64,000 nucleotides of DNA from an uncultured Candidatus Binatia bacterium. GTDB lineage: Bacteria; Desulfobacterota; Binatia; Bin18. The stretch lies in assembly GCA_965200965.1 (NCBI GenBank), contig OZ241744.1:1888001-1952000 (forward strand). The letters are read 5' to 3'. This document shows positions 28,130 to 38,215 of this stretch, one piece after another. Below the pieces are notes generated by a model. It had not been told where the DNA came from and did no database searches. It worked only from the letters and a program-made list of their open reading frames with translations. How positions within the stretch are numbered: the stretch's first letter is position 1; every line of letters starts with the position of its first letter. A program made the translations under genes and the position numbers.

Positions 28130-28180
28130 AAGGAGTGAACGGGCCACCTTCCTCTCGACCGGGTGACACGTTCACTCCTT
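28130..28180 (+). repeat. 51-bp palindromic element, copy 4 (thrS leader)
   Basis: AAGGAGTGAACGGGCCACCTTCCTCTCGACCGGGTGACACGTTCACTCCTT. Confidence 0.95.
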
Positions 28181-28245
28181 GTTGTGGTGGAGTGTATTCA
28201 GCCCGTCAGCGTATGTGAAAAAAAGCGGACGATCAAGACAAGCCA

Positions 28246-29334
28246 TTAGAAGAGCACGCTGAACCCCTCGCGCTCTCGGCCCCTCTGCTCAGTCAGAAAC
28301 CCGCGGGCACCCGTATACACCCCGGCCGGATAGAAGAGATAGCCCTCAATGTAGGTACCGGGCGCTAAGGTCTGGTTGGCCAGGGGCGGCTGGGGCAGGG
28401 TGTGCTCGGACGCGCTGGCCGGCTTTACCCGCCGGCCTGAATCGGCCAGCAGAACGATATTGTCGGTTTCCAGCAGATAGGCGTCGGTGGTTGAGTTGAA
28501 AACCGTAATGCGGACCGCAAGCAGCTCGGCCGGCATATCACCAAGCTGGCGTGTCACATCTGCCGGGAGCAGGGGCACAATGCCAATCTGGACCTGGTCC
28601 ATGTTGGCGACCTGGGTCTGGTGGTGGGGAGACTGAAGGTAGGCAAACTCATCCACTACCGCTCGGAACATGGCCTCAAACCCGCGCTGGAAGTCCGAAA
28701 GGGCGTCATAGAAGCCAGAGCCGGCGGCCATCAGTGGGCTTTCAGAGCTGGTATCAATGATGACCCGGTTGCGCTCTACCTCACAGGCGATGGTCAGCTC
28801 GAGCGGCTTCTGCCCGGGCTGCTCACCCCGAATCCGGCCAACTCCGCCCAGAGCCGCCGGCCGATAGGTCGTCACCGCATAGCCGGCCTTTTCAACGGCC
28901 TTGCGCATGATGCGGTTGGCCTGCTCACACGGCGGAATACGCGCCCGGGGAGCGACGTGGACACCGTCGGCAGTGCAGGAAATCGTGACCGACACGGGCT
29001 CGGGTTCTCCCCAGAAGCCCATGCGCTGGGCGGTGATGGTGCTCGGAACATGTTGCCTTCCGGTATCGGCCGGCGGGGGCGCGTCGGCCACCTTGTAGTA
29101 CAGCCGTTCAAGCGCCCGCCGGGTGATCCGGTGCGCCTCCTCACAGCCCATCTGGGGTTCGTTGATATCGAACTCGGTGGTCTGTTCCCCCCGCTGGCGA
29201 GCCTCCCCGCGGCCCGGTTCTGGCACGGTGGCTTGTGTGGTCTGCTCGGCCGGCTGTTCCACGTTCTGTCCACAGCCGCCAACCGCTACGATGACACCCA
29301 CACTACACAGCAGGTTCTGGACGGCTTTTTGCAT
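28246..29334 (-). CDS. Hypothetical lipoprotein with internally duplicated Cys-containing module
   Basis: Lipobox-like VGGC; CEEAHRITRRALE and CEQANRIMRKAVE repeats; GGGGAG RBS. Confidence 0.7.
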   Translation of the reverse strand: MQKAVQNLLCSVGVIVAVGGCGQNVEQPAEQTTQATVPEPGRGEARQRGEQTTEFDINEPQMGCEEAHRITRRALERLYYKVADAPPPADTGRQHVPSTITAQRMGFWGEPEPVSVTISCTADGVHVAPRARIPPCEQANRIMRKAVEKAGYAVTTYRPAALGGVGRIRGEQPGQKPLELTIACEVERNRVIIDTSSESPLMAAGSGFYDALSDFQRGFEAMFRAVVDEFAYLQSPHHQTQVANMDQVQIGIVPLLPADVTRQLGDMPAELLAVRITVFNSTTDAYLLETDNIVLLADSGRRVKPASASEHTLPQPPLANQTLAPGTYIEGYLFYPAGVYTGARGFLTEQRGREREGFSVLF

Positions 29335-29380
29335 CGACTCCCCCTTTTTTTCCTGCCCGGCCTGCAACTGCTCATAGTTT

Positions 29381-29451
29381 ATAGGTCGGCCAGCCATCCG
29401 GCGGAAGCCGACACCCCGTTCTGTCGGATTACGCTGCGCTCATCCGACCTC
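29381..29451. repeat. REP/REPIN-like element, copy A (degenerate ends)
   Basis: ATAGGTCGG...CATCCGACCTC; about 50-bp core identical to copy B. Confidence 0.8.
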
Positions 29452-29543
29452 CTGCCTGCTCATAGCAGGGAGCGGCCCGGGAAAGAAGGCTTGGCCGGGG
29501 CGGCGATTGACGTGGACGGAGGAATGATTATTCAAAGTGGAGC

Positions 29544-29708
29544 ATGGAGTTGAACCCTGCCCATCCGATCCTGCCCACGCTCTACGCGCGCTGCCAGAAC
29601 GACAGTCACGATGCCGCGCACGACGAGTATGCCCAGCCGTTGTTTGGCTACGGCCTGTTGGCCGAAGGCTCGGAACTCCCCGACCCGGCGGCCTTCAGCA
29701 GTTTATAG
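29544..29708 (+). pseudogene. htpG: htpG (Hsp90) C-terminal remnant
   Basis: Translates MELNPAHPIL...EYAQPLFGYGLLAEGSELPDPAAFSSL*, resembling the HtpG C-terminal LELNPxHP...ALLAEG...DPxxF segment; only 54 aa. Confidence 0.75.
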
Positions 29709-29718
29709 GAGCCGGGCG

Positions 29719-30201
29719 GTGCGATTTCGGGTTGGTCACGGCGCAGATATCCACCGGCTCCAGCCGGGCCGCAAGCTCGTGCTGGGCGGCGTCCCTATCC
29801 CCTGGGACAAGGGGTTGCTCGGCCACTCGGACGCCGATGTTGTGTGTCACGCGCTGAGCAACGCCCTGTTGGGCGCGATTGGGGCGGGTGATATAGGCCA
29901 GCATTTTCCCGACTCTGACCCGCAATATAGTGGGGTGTCGAGTCTCGGGCTGCTGGGCGATGTCATGGCGATGGTGAGGGCGCGCGGCTTTCGGCTGGGC
30001 AACGCCGATATTACGGTCTTTGCCCAGCGGCCCAAGCTGGGGCCGTATCGACAGGCGATGCGCGAGCGGCTGGCGGTGGTCCTGGAGGCCGAGCCGGCCG
30101 CGGTCAATATCAAAGCCACGACCGGCGAAAAAATAGGCTCTATCGGCCGTGAGGAAGGCATGATGGCCGAGGCGGTTGTGCTGTTGGAATCAGAGGGGTG
30201 A
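29719..30201 (+). CDS. ispF: 2-C-methyl-D-erythritol 2,4-cyclodiphosphate synthase
   Basis: RVGHGADIH, GHSDADV, GDIGQHFPD, NIKATTGEK; GTG start. Confidence 0.95.
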   Translation: MRFRVGHGADIHRLQPGRKLVLGGVPIPWDKGLLGHSDADVVCHALSNALLGAIGAGDIGQHFPDSDPQYSGVSSLGLLGDVMAMVRARGFRLGNADITVFAQRPKLGPYRQAMRERLAVVLEAEPAAVNIKATTGEKIGSIGREEGMMAEAVVLLESEG

Positions 30202-30214
30202 ATGTGCCTGGTTT

Positions 30215-30287
30215 GTAGGTCGGCTTAGCCCTCGGGCGGAAGCCGACACCCCGTTCTGTCGGATTACGCTGCGCTCATCCGACCTAC
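30215..30287. repeat. REP/REPIN-like element, copy B (GTAG...CTAC)
   Basis: GTAGGTCGGCTTAGCC...GGATTACGCTGCGCTCATCCGACCTAC; two inverted GTAG-type REP hairpins. Confidence 0.85.
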
Positions 30288-30417
30288 CAGGACGAATAGG
30301 GAGTGCTCAGAGCAGGCGCGAGCGGCAGGCGCGTGCTGCTGGAGGCGGGTAGGGGCTGAACATGCCCAGGGGCAGGGCCGGCAAGCCATAGCCCACACTC
30401 CCCTTTGTCACTGCCTA

Positions 30418-30456
30418 CCCCCTCCCCCCCTTGAGGGGGAGGGCTGGGGTGGGGGG
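30418..30456. repeat. C/G-run hairpin repeat (CCCACCCCAGCCCTCCCCC-TCAA-GGGGGGGAGGG type)
   Basis: Single copy; matches a widespread intergenic purine/pyrimidine hairpin motif. Confidence 0.55.
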
Positions 30457-30501
30457 CAGCCGCCGGGTCGGGGTCAGCGGCTTCAACATCGGTGCAGACC
30501 C

Positions 30502-31824
30502 TCACGGGTTGTTGCGCTTGCTAAGGTCGGCAAGCCCACGTTCCATCTTAGCCGCGGTGTCTTCGTCACCGGCCTCTCGGGCCAAGGCAAGCGCCTTCTC
30601 AAAATCCCGCCGGGCCTCGTTCACCCGGCCCAATAGATCGTTAGCGGCACCCCGATTGTAATAGGCAGCGGCTAAGTTCGGGTCAAGGCGGAGCGCTACG
30701 CTGTAGTCCGCAATGGCGGCTTCATGATCACCAAGTTTGTTCTTCGCATTGCCCCGGCTGGTGTAGGTTTCGGCATCGTTCGGGTCAAGGCGGAGCGCCA
30801 CGCTGTAGTCCGCAATGGCGGCTTCATGATCACCAAGTTTGTTCTTCGCATTGCCCCGGTTGGTGTAGGCACCGGCTAAGTTCGGGTCAAGGCGGAGCGC
30901 CACGCTGTAGTCCGCAATGGCGGCTTCATGATCACCAAGTTTGTTCTTCGCAACGCCCCGGTTGGTGTAGGCACCGGCTAAGTTCGGGTCAAGGCGGAGC
31001 GCCACGCTGTAGTCCGCAATGGCGGCTTCATGATCACCAAGTTTGTTCTTCGCAACGCCCCGGTTGGTGTAGGCACCGGCTAAGTTCGGGTCAAGGCGGA
31101 GCGCCGCGGTGTGGTCCGCAATGGCGGCTTCATGATCACCAAGTTTGTTCTTCGCATTGCCCCGGTTGGTGTAGGCAGCGGCATCATTTGGGGTGAGATG
31201 GAGCACCTTAGTGTAGGCATCTATCGCCGCTTCGTAATCGCCCTTTTCACCGTAGAGATAGCCAACGGAGAACCACGCCCGCGCCCCAAACTCTCGATCG
31301 ACGCTTTCAACCTGCTCAGCAATAGAACGCCACCTTCCGATGTGATCATCGCTCTTTTCCTCCTGCTGGGCCGAGGGAGAGGCCGGCGATTCTACTGCCT
31401 GGCGTACAGCCCGAGCGACCTCCAGAAAACCCTTGTCGTGTATCGATGGTGGCTCGTGCTCCACCACGGGCTTGCCGTCGGTGGGAACTGCCTCCAGTCC
31501 GCCGAATTGCGCTGCTTTCCAATCGCAGGGTCTCAGGATTACCGGGATCACGCACGCTGTCCCTTGCGCGTGTCGTTTCATCGCGATCTGCGTTTCCTTG
31601 TAGCAATAGTCTGAGGCAAGAAAGTCAGCGCTGACCAGGAGGAGGATGATATCCGCAAGATTCAAGGCATGGTTGATATAGTGGTCAATCTCTCCGCCAG
31701 GCGGAATGTTTCGATCATGAAAAATGTTGATTCTGCCTTGGCGACGAAGGAGGGCCAAGTGCGTTTCCAGTTTCTTCCAAAGAGCCTCGTCCTTGTGAGA
31801 ATAGGATATGAATACGTTTCTCAT
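30502..31824 (-). CDS. TIR domain + tetratricopeptide repeat protein
   Basis: VFISYSHKD...ADIILLLVSADFLASDYCYKE...VIPVILRPCDW (TIR_2-like) followed by about 7 TPRs (AYTNRGxAKxxLGDxEAAIADY). Confidence 0.92.
   Translation of the reverse strand: MRNVFISYSHKDEALWKKLETHLALLRRQGRINIFHDRNIPPGGEIDHYINHALNLADIILLLVSADFLASDYCYKETQIAMKRHAQGTACVIPVILRPCDWKAAQFGGLEAVPTDGKPVVEHEPPSIHDKGFLEVARAVRQAVESPASPSAQQEEKSDDHIGRWRSIAEQVESVDREFGARAWFSVGYLYGEKGDYEAAIDAYTKVLHLTPNDAAAYTNRGNAKNKLGDHEAAIADHTAALRLDPNLAGAYTNRGVAKNKLGDHEAAIADYSVALRLDPNLAGAYTNRGVAKNKLGDHEAAIADYSVALRLDPNLAGAYTNRGNAKNKLGDHEAAIADYSVALRLDPNDAETYTSRGNAKNKLGDHEAAIADYSVALRLDPNLAAAYYNRGAANDLLGRVNEARRDFEKALALAREAGDEDTAAKMERGLADLSKRNNP
30670..31180. 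repeat. Five near-identical 102-bp tandem repeats encoding TPR units
   Basis: Unit GGCTAAGTTCGGGTCAAGGCGGAGCGCC...GGTGTAGGCACC recurs with 102-bp period. Confidence 0.92.
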
Positions 31825-31858
31825 CTGCTCTCCTTGCACGGCTTGTATTGTACATTTT

Positions 31859-33208
31859 CTATGATGGAGGGCTACCTGCATGGACGCGGATTTGGCCCGA
31901 GAGGAGCTTGGGCAGCAGGGTATCCCGCAGGGCGGCGAGGGTCCGGGATTGGACAGCCACGGAAATGTTCTTCTCAAATATGGCGGACAGAAGACCATTG
32001 GCTGCCATCAGAAGCCGCTCCTCTGGAACCGCGCACAACGCCTCACTCAAATGCTGACGCTTGATATGCCCCATCGTTGTCGCCTTCCCCGCAGCAATAG
32101 CCTGGAAGGCGGCCAGATGACCCCGCAGGCAAGGCAGCAAAAACCACTGCGGAAATCTCGGCGAAGTCACCTTGAACAGATGTTGGTTCAGAGCGGCTCG
32201 TCCTCCGTACCAGACCTGCACCAGGAGGCTGCCCGACCAAGAGAAGATGATATCTCCATCGTCAATCACACAGTCAGGCGCAAGCTTGGCCGTAGCCCAT
32301 TCTCCGCTATCCGCCGTCCCGCTTCTCAGTTGGGCAATTTTCACCACAGGTAAACGGTCCTCGTCTTGCTGGGGTCTATATTGCTGGAGGGCAAGGCCGT
32401 TCCGAAAGACGGCGATCTCGTCAAGGGGCTTGACCGTCCACCCGGCGGGAATCGGCCCCAATGCCGAGTCTACAAAGCGATCGGGGAATAAGGCTGCTAG
32501 GGCCGGCTCCAGCCGGTCCAGATAGGCCCGGGCCCGGGCCACCGGCCATGCACTTCCCCCTGGAGACGCGCGTTGTGTGAGGGCGGCTTTGGCCTGCACG
32601 GGATCAAAGTTGATGAACCACGAGGTGAACAGCGCTCGGGCCATCTCGTCAAGGGTGGCGTTCATGCGCCGGTTGAGGGCGATCTTGTCGTCGAGCGTGC
32701 CCAGCAGGTGAGCGATGGCGCGCTGTTCAGGGAGAGGGGGTAGAGGAATCTGCCACTGGCTGAATGTCCGTGTCGTGATGGTCTCGAAGACAGTTCCATA
32801 GTTCAGCACCCGCATTGCATCTGCCGTGCCCTTCAAGGCATAAAACAGAAAGTCGTTATCGAGACCATCGTGGGGGACAAGGGCATAACACGTCTGGTTA
32901 AACGCCATATCTTGGCGAAGCTGAGCCAAAGCGCCCACCGTGCCGCGCGCGGTTATGATTACCGTGCCTTCAGGCATCCGTTTTGCCGAACTGGATTTCA
33001 GGCCCTTTTCTGTAATGTACTCGTGCGCTTGTTCCACATACCGGCCTGACGTGTTGGCGATATCTTTTGCCGTGACCCACGGAATGGTTCCACGCCAGTA
33101 TTCTGCTACACGGCGGCTCGGCGTCCCCCCTATCACGGCACTGGCAACTGCAGACACCCGCACTCTTTGCCACTCGTCCCGTATTCCCCCTTTCTGCGGC
33201 ACTACCAC
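31859..33208 (-). CDS. hsdS: Type I restriction-modification specificity subunit (orphan)
   Basis: GGTPSR...IPWVTAKD TRD, PPLPEQRAIAHLLGTLDDKIALNRRMN spacer, LAALRDTLLPKLLSGQI C-terminus; start uncertain. Confidence 0.9.
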   Translation of the reverse strand: MVVPQKGGIRDEWQRVRVSAVASAVIGGTPSRRVAEYWRGTIPWVTAKDIANTSGRYVEQAHEYITEKGLKSSSAKRMPEGTVIITARGTVGALAQLRQDMAFNQTCYALVPHDGLDNDFLFYALKGTADAMRVLNYGTVFETITTRTFSQWQIPLPPLPEQRAIAHLLGTLDDKIALNRRMNATLDEMARALFTSWFINFDPVQAKAALTQRASPGGSAWPVARARAYLDRLEPALAALFPDRFVDSALGPIPAGWTVKPLDEIAVFRNGLALQQYRPQQDEDRLPVVKIAQLRSGTADSGEWATAKLAPDCVIDDGDIIFSWSGSLLVQVWYGGRAALNQHLFKVTSPRFPQWFLLPCLRGHLAAFQAIAAGKATTMGHIKRQHLSEALCAVPEERLLMAANGLLSAIFEKNISVAVQSRTLAALRDTLLPKLLSGQIRVHAGSPPS

Positions 33209-33333
33209 GCTTTTTCCTCATCTTCGCCCGGGGCATCTCCGCTCCTCTCGCCGCTGAGAGACTTGGAGGGGCTACCCTCTGGCCTGTCTTAGCCGATCGG
33301 AGAGGAGGCCGCCAGGGGAAGGACAGGGCCAAG

Positions 33334-34764
<1,431 letters not shown>

Positions 34765-34785
34765 AGTCGGTCTTGCCTCCGCCCC

Positions 34786-36015
34786 TTATTCGGCCGCCGG
34801 CTCTTGGGCCGACCTGGCGCTGGCCTGCGTCCGCTCGCCCTCTTCCTTGGACAGAAAAGCCCGGAAACTCGGCCAGATGTCTTCCTTGCGTTCGATGAGG
34901 ACCGTCTGGTAGTTGTCGGCTTGGAGGCGGCGGAAGATAGTGAGCATTGAGCTTTCGTAGTAGCGTGAGCCCAGGGGTTTGATCTCCCCGTAGCCAAACA
35001 GGTTACACAGCTCGCACAGCTCCTGGGCGGCTCTGAGCGTGGCTGGGTTGTCGGACTCAAAATTGTCCCCGTCCGAGCAGTGAAAGGCGTAGACATTCCA
35101 CAGGCTGGGGTGATAGCGCTCCTGGATGATCTCGATGGCTTTGGTATAGCCCGAAGAAATAAACGTTCCGCCCGACTCGCCTTTGTAGAAGAACTCGTCT
35201 TCAGTGACCTCGCGGCCCTCGGTATGGTGAGCCACAAAGGCGAGTTCGACCTTGTCGTACTTGGTGCTTACGAATTGGTAGAGCAAAAAAAAGAAACTGC
35301 GGGCCAGGTACTTCTTCATCGTGTCCATAGACCCCGAGGTGTCCATGATGCACACCACCGCCGCGTTTGAGTCGGGACGGACATCCTCAACGAGGTGGCG
35401 GTAGGTCAGATCATCGGTATGAAACGGAAAGCGCTGTTCGGGGTCCCAGTCGGTCTTGCCGTCGCGCCGCATCACCGCTACCTTGCGCCGAATGCGGGCC
35501 ATTGCCGTCCGTCGCTTATCGAGCCGGACCCGCACCCCCATCTTGCGGAAGCCCTTGCGTTTGCTGACCCGCTCGGATGGAATTTCCCGCAGGGTCTTGC
35601 GTTCGAGGTCGGGCAGTTCGAGGTCTTCAAACATGATGTCGATCAGTTCTTCGAGCGTCACATCGGTCTCATAATAATCAACCCCGGCCTGATCCCCGGC
35701 CTGGCCTTCGCCCGGCCCCCGACCCTCGCCGTTTGCCTTGCCGACCACTTGGCCGGGTTGGGAGTTGCCGTCACCCTGTCCGACACCGGGCGTGTTTTCG
35801 CCGTAGATGAAGCGGTACTCCTTCATCCCCCGGATCGGGACTTTGATGATCTTGTCCTTGTTTTTGCCGATGATGGACTCCTCGGCGATCAGGTCGGCGA
35901 TATTCTCCCGGACCGCCTCACGGACCTTCTGACGGTGGCGTTGGCGGTCTGTCGCACTTCGGTCAGACCGCAGGGAGTCGGAGGATGAGTAGGGACGAAA
36001 GATGGTGTCTGACAT
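34786..36015 (-). CDS. yeaH: YeaH/YhbH (DUF444) vWA-like protein
   Basis: MDTSGSM, GESGGTFISS, FHCSDGDN; between prkA and spoVR. Confidence 0.9.
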   Translation of the reverse strand: MSDTIFRPYSSSDSLRSDRSATDRQRHRQKVREAVRENIADLIAEESIIGKNKDKIIKVPIRGMKEYRFIYGENTPGVGQGDGNSQPGQVVGKANGEGRGPGEGQAGDQAGVDYYETDVTLEELIDIMFEDLELPDLERKTLREIPSERVSKRKGFRKMGVRVRLDKRRTAMARIRRKVAVMRRDGKTDWDPEQRFPFHTDDLTYRHLVEDVRPDSNAAVVCIMDTSGSMDTMKKYLARSFFFLLYQFVSTKYDKVELAFVAHHTEGREVTEDEFFYKGESGGTFISSGYTKAIEIIQERYHPSLWNVYAFHCSDGDNFESDNPATLRAAQELCELCNLFGYGEIKPLGSRYYESSMLTIFRRLQADNYQTVLIERKEDIWPSFRAFLSKEEGERTQASARSAQEPAAE

Positions 36016-36045
36016 GGTGTTCCACCCCCGGCCGCAGTGGGCGGC

Positions 36046-37980
36046 TCAGTCCTTCCACAAGTGGTTCGCCGCGTACTTCAGCACAATATCAACGCTGTCC
36101 TCGGGGTAGCCGAGTTCAATCAGCCGTTGGACCATAGCGTCGTGCTTGTGTTGCTGCTCCTGGTCTCGGGTCCGGGCCTTGGTAATGACCCGGCTGATAT
36201 CCCGGACCGAGCCCATCAGTTTTTTCTCGATCGCGTCCTTGAGCGGCTCATAACTCTCGTACGTCACCCGATCTCCGCGCCGTGACGAGGCCCAGAGATA
36301 GGCGATCACCTCCTGCCGAAAACCGTCCGCGGCCGAGCCGATGATGGCGATCTGCTCTTCTATGGACTTCAGAAAGCCCTCGTCTGGAAGCAGTTCTTCT
36401 CTGGTGTTGCGATCCATGACCTTTGTCTGGTTCACATATGCCTCGGCATGATCGAGGTAGTTCTGGAAGAGCGTTTCGGCCTGCTCCTGATAGGAATAGA
36501 CAAACGCCTTGGTGATCTCCTTCTCGAGCAGCTCGAGATACTCCTTGTGAATCACGTCTTGCAGGAATTCAAGATACTGCTTGCGGGTATCGTCCGAGGT
36601 GTCCATCGCCTTGACCATGCGGATCAGGGCTTCGCGGACGCTGATCGGATTGATTGACGAGCCCCCTTCGGACAGCGCGTTGTCGAGCGCCTTCATAATG
36701 AAACGGGTCGAGATCCCGAACATGCCCTCGCGCTTGGCATCCTCGCGCAATTCCTTGACCGTGATTTTCTTGGTCCGCCCCTTCTCCACCACTTCTTCCC
36801 CGTTATACAGGTGCAGCTTGGTCATCAGATCGCACTTTGCCGATGGTTCAAGACGCGAAAGAATGGCGAACATGGCCGCCACCTCCAGGGTATGCGGCGC
36901 GATGCTGGCCCGAAAGTCCGAGTTGTGCAGCATCTTCTGGTAGATCTTGACCTCTTCGGACAGACGCAGATTGTAGGGAACCTTGACCACCACGATCCGG
37001 TCCAGGATCGCCTCGTTGGTATGGTCGGCCTTGAACTTCTGCCACTCGGCCTCGTTGGAGTGGGCAACAATGACCGTGTCCACATACACGGTGCCGTGAC
37101 GGCCCGGCGCGGGAACAAACTTCTCCTGGGTGGCCGTAATCATGGCATGCAGGTATTCGGTCTCGTTTTTGAAGACCTCAATGAACTCCACCATGCCCCG
37201 GTTGCCGACATTGAAGGCCCCGTTGAGTTCCAGCACACGCGGGTCGCCCTCGGAGTAGCGGTCGAGCTTGGAAATGTCCTCCGAGCCGATCAGCACTGAG
37301 GTGTCCTGGTTATTCGGGTCAACCGGCGGCACGATACCGATGCCGCGGCGGTTGCGTTTTGAAAACCCGACCGTGGTCACCGACATCTTCTCATAGGCGT
37401 TGTTGAACTCCTCGCGCAGCCGCCATCGGGTGACCGGACACAGGTCACCCTCAATCCGCACATCAAGCATTTTTTCAAACTCTTGACGCAGATGCCGGGG
37501 GATCAGGAGCAGCGGTTCTTCAAACATCGGAGAGCTCTCAATCGTATAGATGGGATCAAGGCTCTCGAGTCCCCGCTGCAATTTTTCGACCAGCGAGCTT
37601 TTACCCGCCCCGACCGGTCCCATCAGATACAGGACTTGACGGTTCTCTTCGCCCCGCATGGCCGCGGACTGAAAGTAGCGGACAATCTCGGCCAGCGTTT
37701 CTTCAATGCCGAAGAATTCGTCCTTAAAGAAATTGTACACTTTCAGGGACTCGTCTTTGAATAAACGACGGATGCGAGGGTCAGCGGTGTCGCTGATATC
37801 CGTCGCCCCCTCACGCTGGATCATGTCGTAGATGCGAGCGTGGGCGTGCTTGACGACAGAAGGGTCTTCTCTGACCTTTTCCAGATAGTCAATAAAGGTC
37901 CCGCTCCAGTGCTTGCTCTCGCGGTTCTCACGGTCTTCTCTGATCAGTCGCTCAAACGCATGCTTGCTGTTCTCATCCAT
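36046..37980 (-). CDS. prkA: PrkA/YeaG family AAA+ serine protein kinase
   Basis: LMGPVGAGKSS Walker A, NRGMVEFIEVFK, HSNEAEW, GISTRF. Confidence 0.92.
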   Translation of the reverse strand: MDENSKHAFERLIREDRENRESKHWSGTFIDYLEKVREDPSVVKHAHARIYDMIQREGATDISDTADPRIRRLFKDESLKVYNFFKDEFFGIEETLAEIVRYFQSAAMRGEENRQVLYLMGPVGAGKSSLVEKLQRGLESLDPIYTIESSPMFEEPLLLIPRHLRQEFEKMLDVRIEGDLCPVTRWRLREEFNNAYEKMSVTTVGFSKRNRRGIGIVPPVDPNNQDTSVLIGSEDISKLDRYSEGDPRVLELNGAFNVGNRGMVEFIEVFKNETEYLHAMITATQEKFVPAPGRHGTVYVDTVIVAHSNEAEWQKFKADHTNEAILDRIVVVKVPYNLRLSEEVKIYQKMLHNSDFRASIAPHTLEVAAMFAILSRLEPSAKCDLMTKLHLYNGEEVVEKGRTKKITVKELREDAKREGMFGISTRFIMKALDNALSEGGSSINPISVREALIRMVKAMDTSDDTRKQYLEFLQDVIHKEYLELLEKEITKAFVYSYQEQAETLFQNYLDHAEAYVNQTKVMDRNTREELLPDEGFLKSIEEQIAIIGSAADGFRQEVIAYLWASSRRGDRVTYESYEPLKDAIEKKLMGSVRDISRVITKARTRDQEQQHKHDAMVQRLIELGYPEDSVDIVLKYAANHLWKD

Positions 37981-38137
37981 CTCCACCCCCCCTAAACGCT
38001 GGTGAATGCTCATGTCCGTTCTCGGCGTCTCTCTTACCACCACTTAGCATAGCGGGAGAGGATTACCAGAGCGGGCAAGCGGCCCAGGAGGCAAATTTTC
38101 TCGCTACGATGGGGCTGGCACAAGACCCCAGTGAAGG

Positions 38138-38209
38138 TGGTCCCAACGGGACTCGAACCCGTGCTACCGACATGAGAGGCCGGCGTCCTGACCGCTAGAC
38201 GATGGGACC
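38138..38209 (-). tRNA. tRNA-Glu(CTC)
   Basis: GGTCCCATCGTCTAGCGG...CCGGC-CTCTCAT-GTCGG...GGTTCGAGTCC...GGGACCA. Confidence 0.96.
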
Positions 38210-38215
38210 GGGAAG

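Noticed and set aside
30670-31180. 102-bp repeats as a CRISPR or non-coding array
   Set aside because: There are no unique spacers and the period equals one 34-aa TPR within an ORF.
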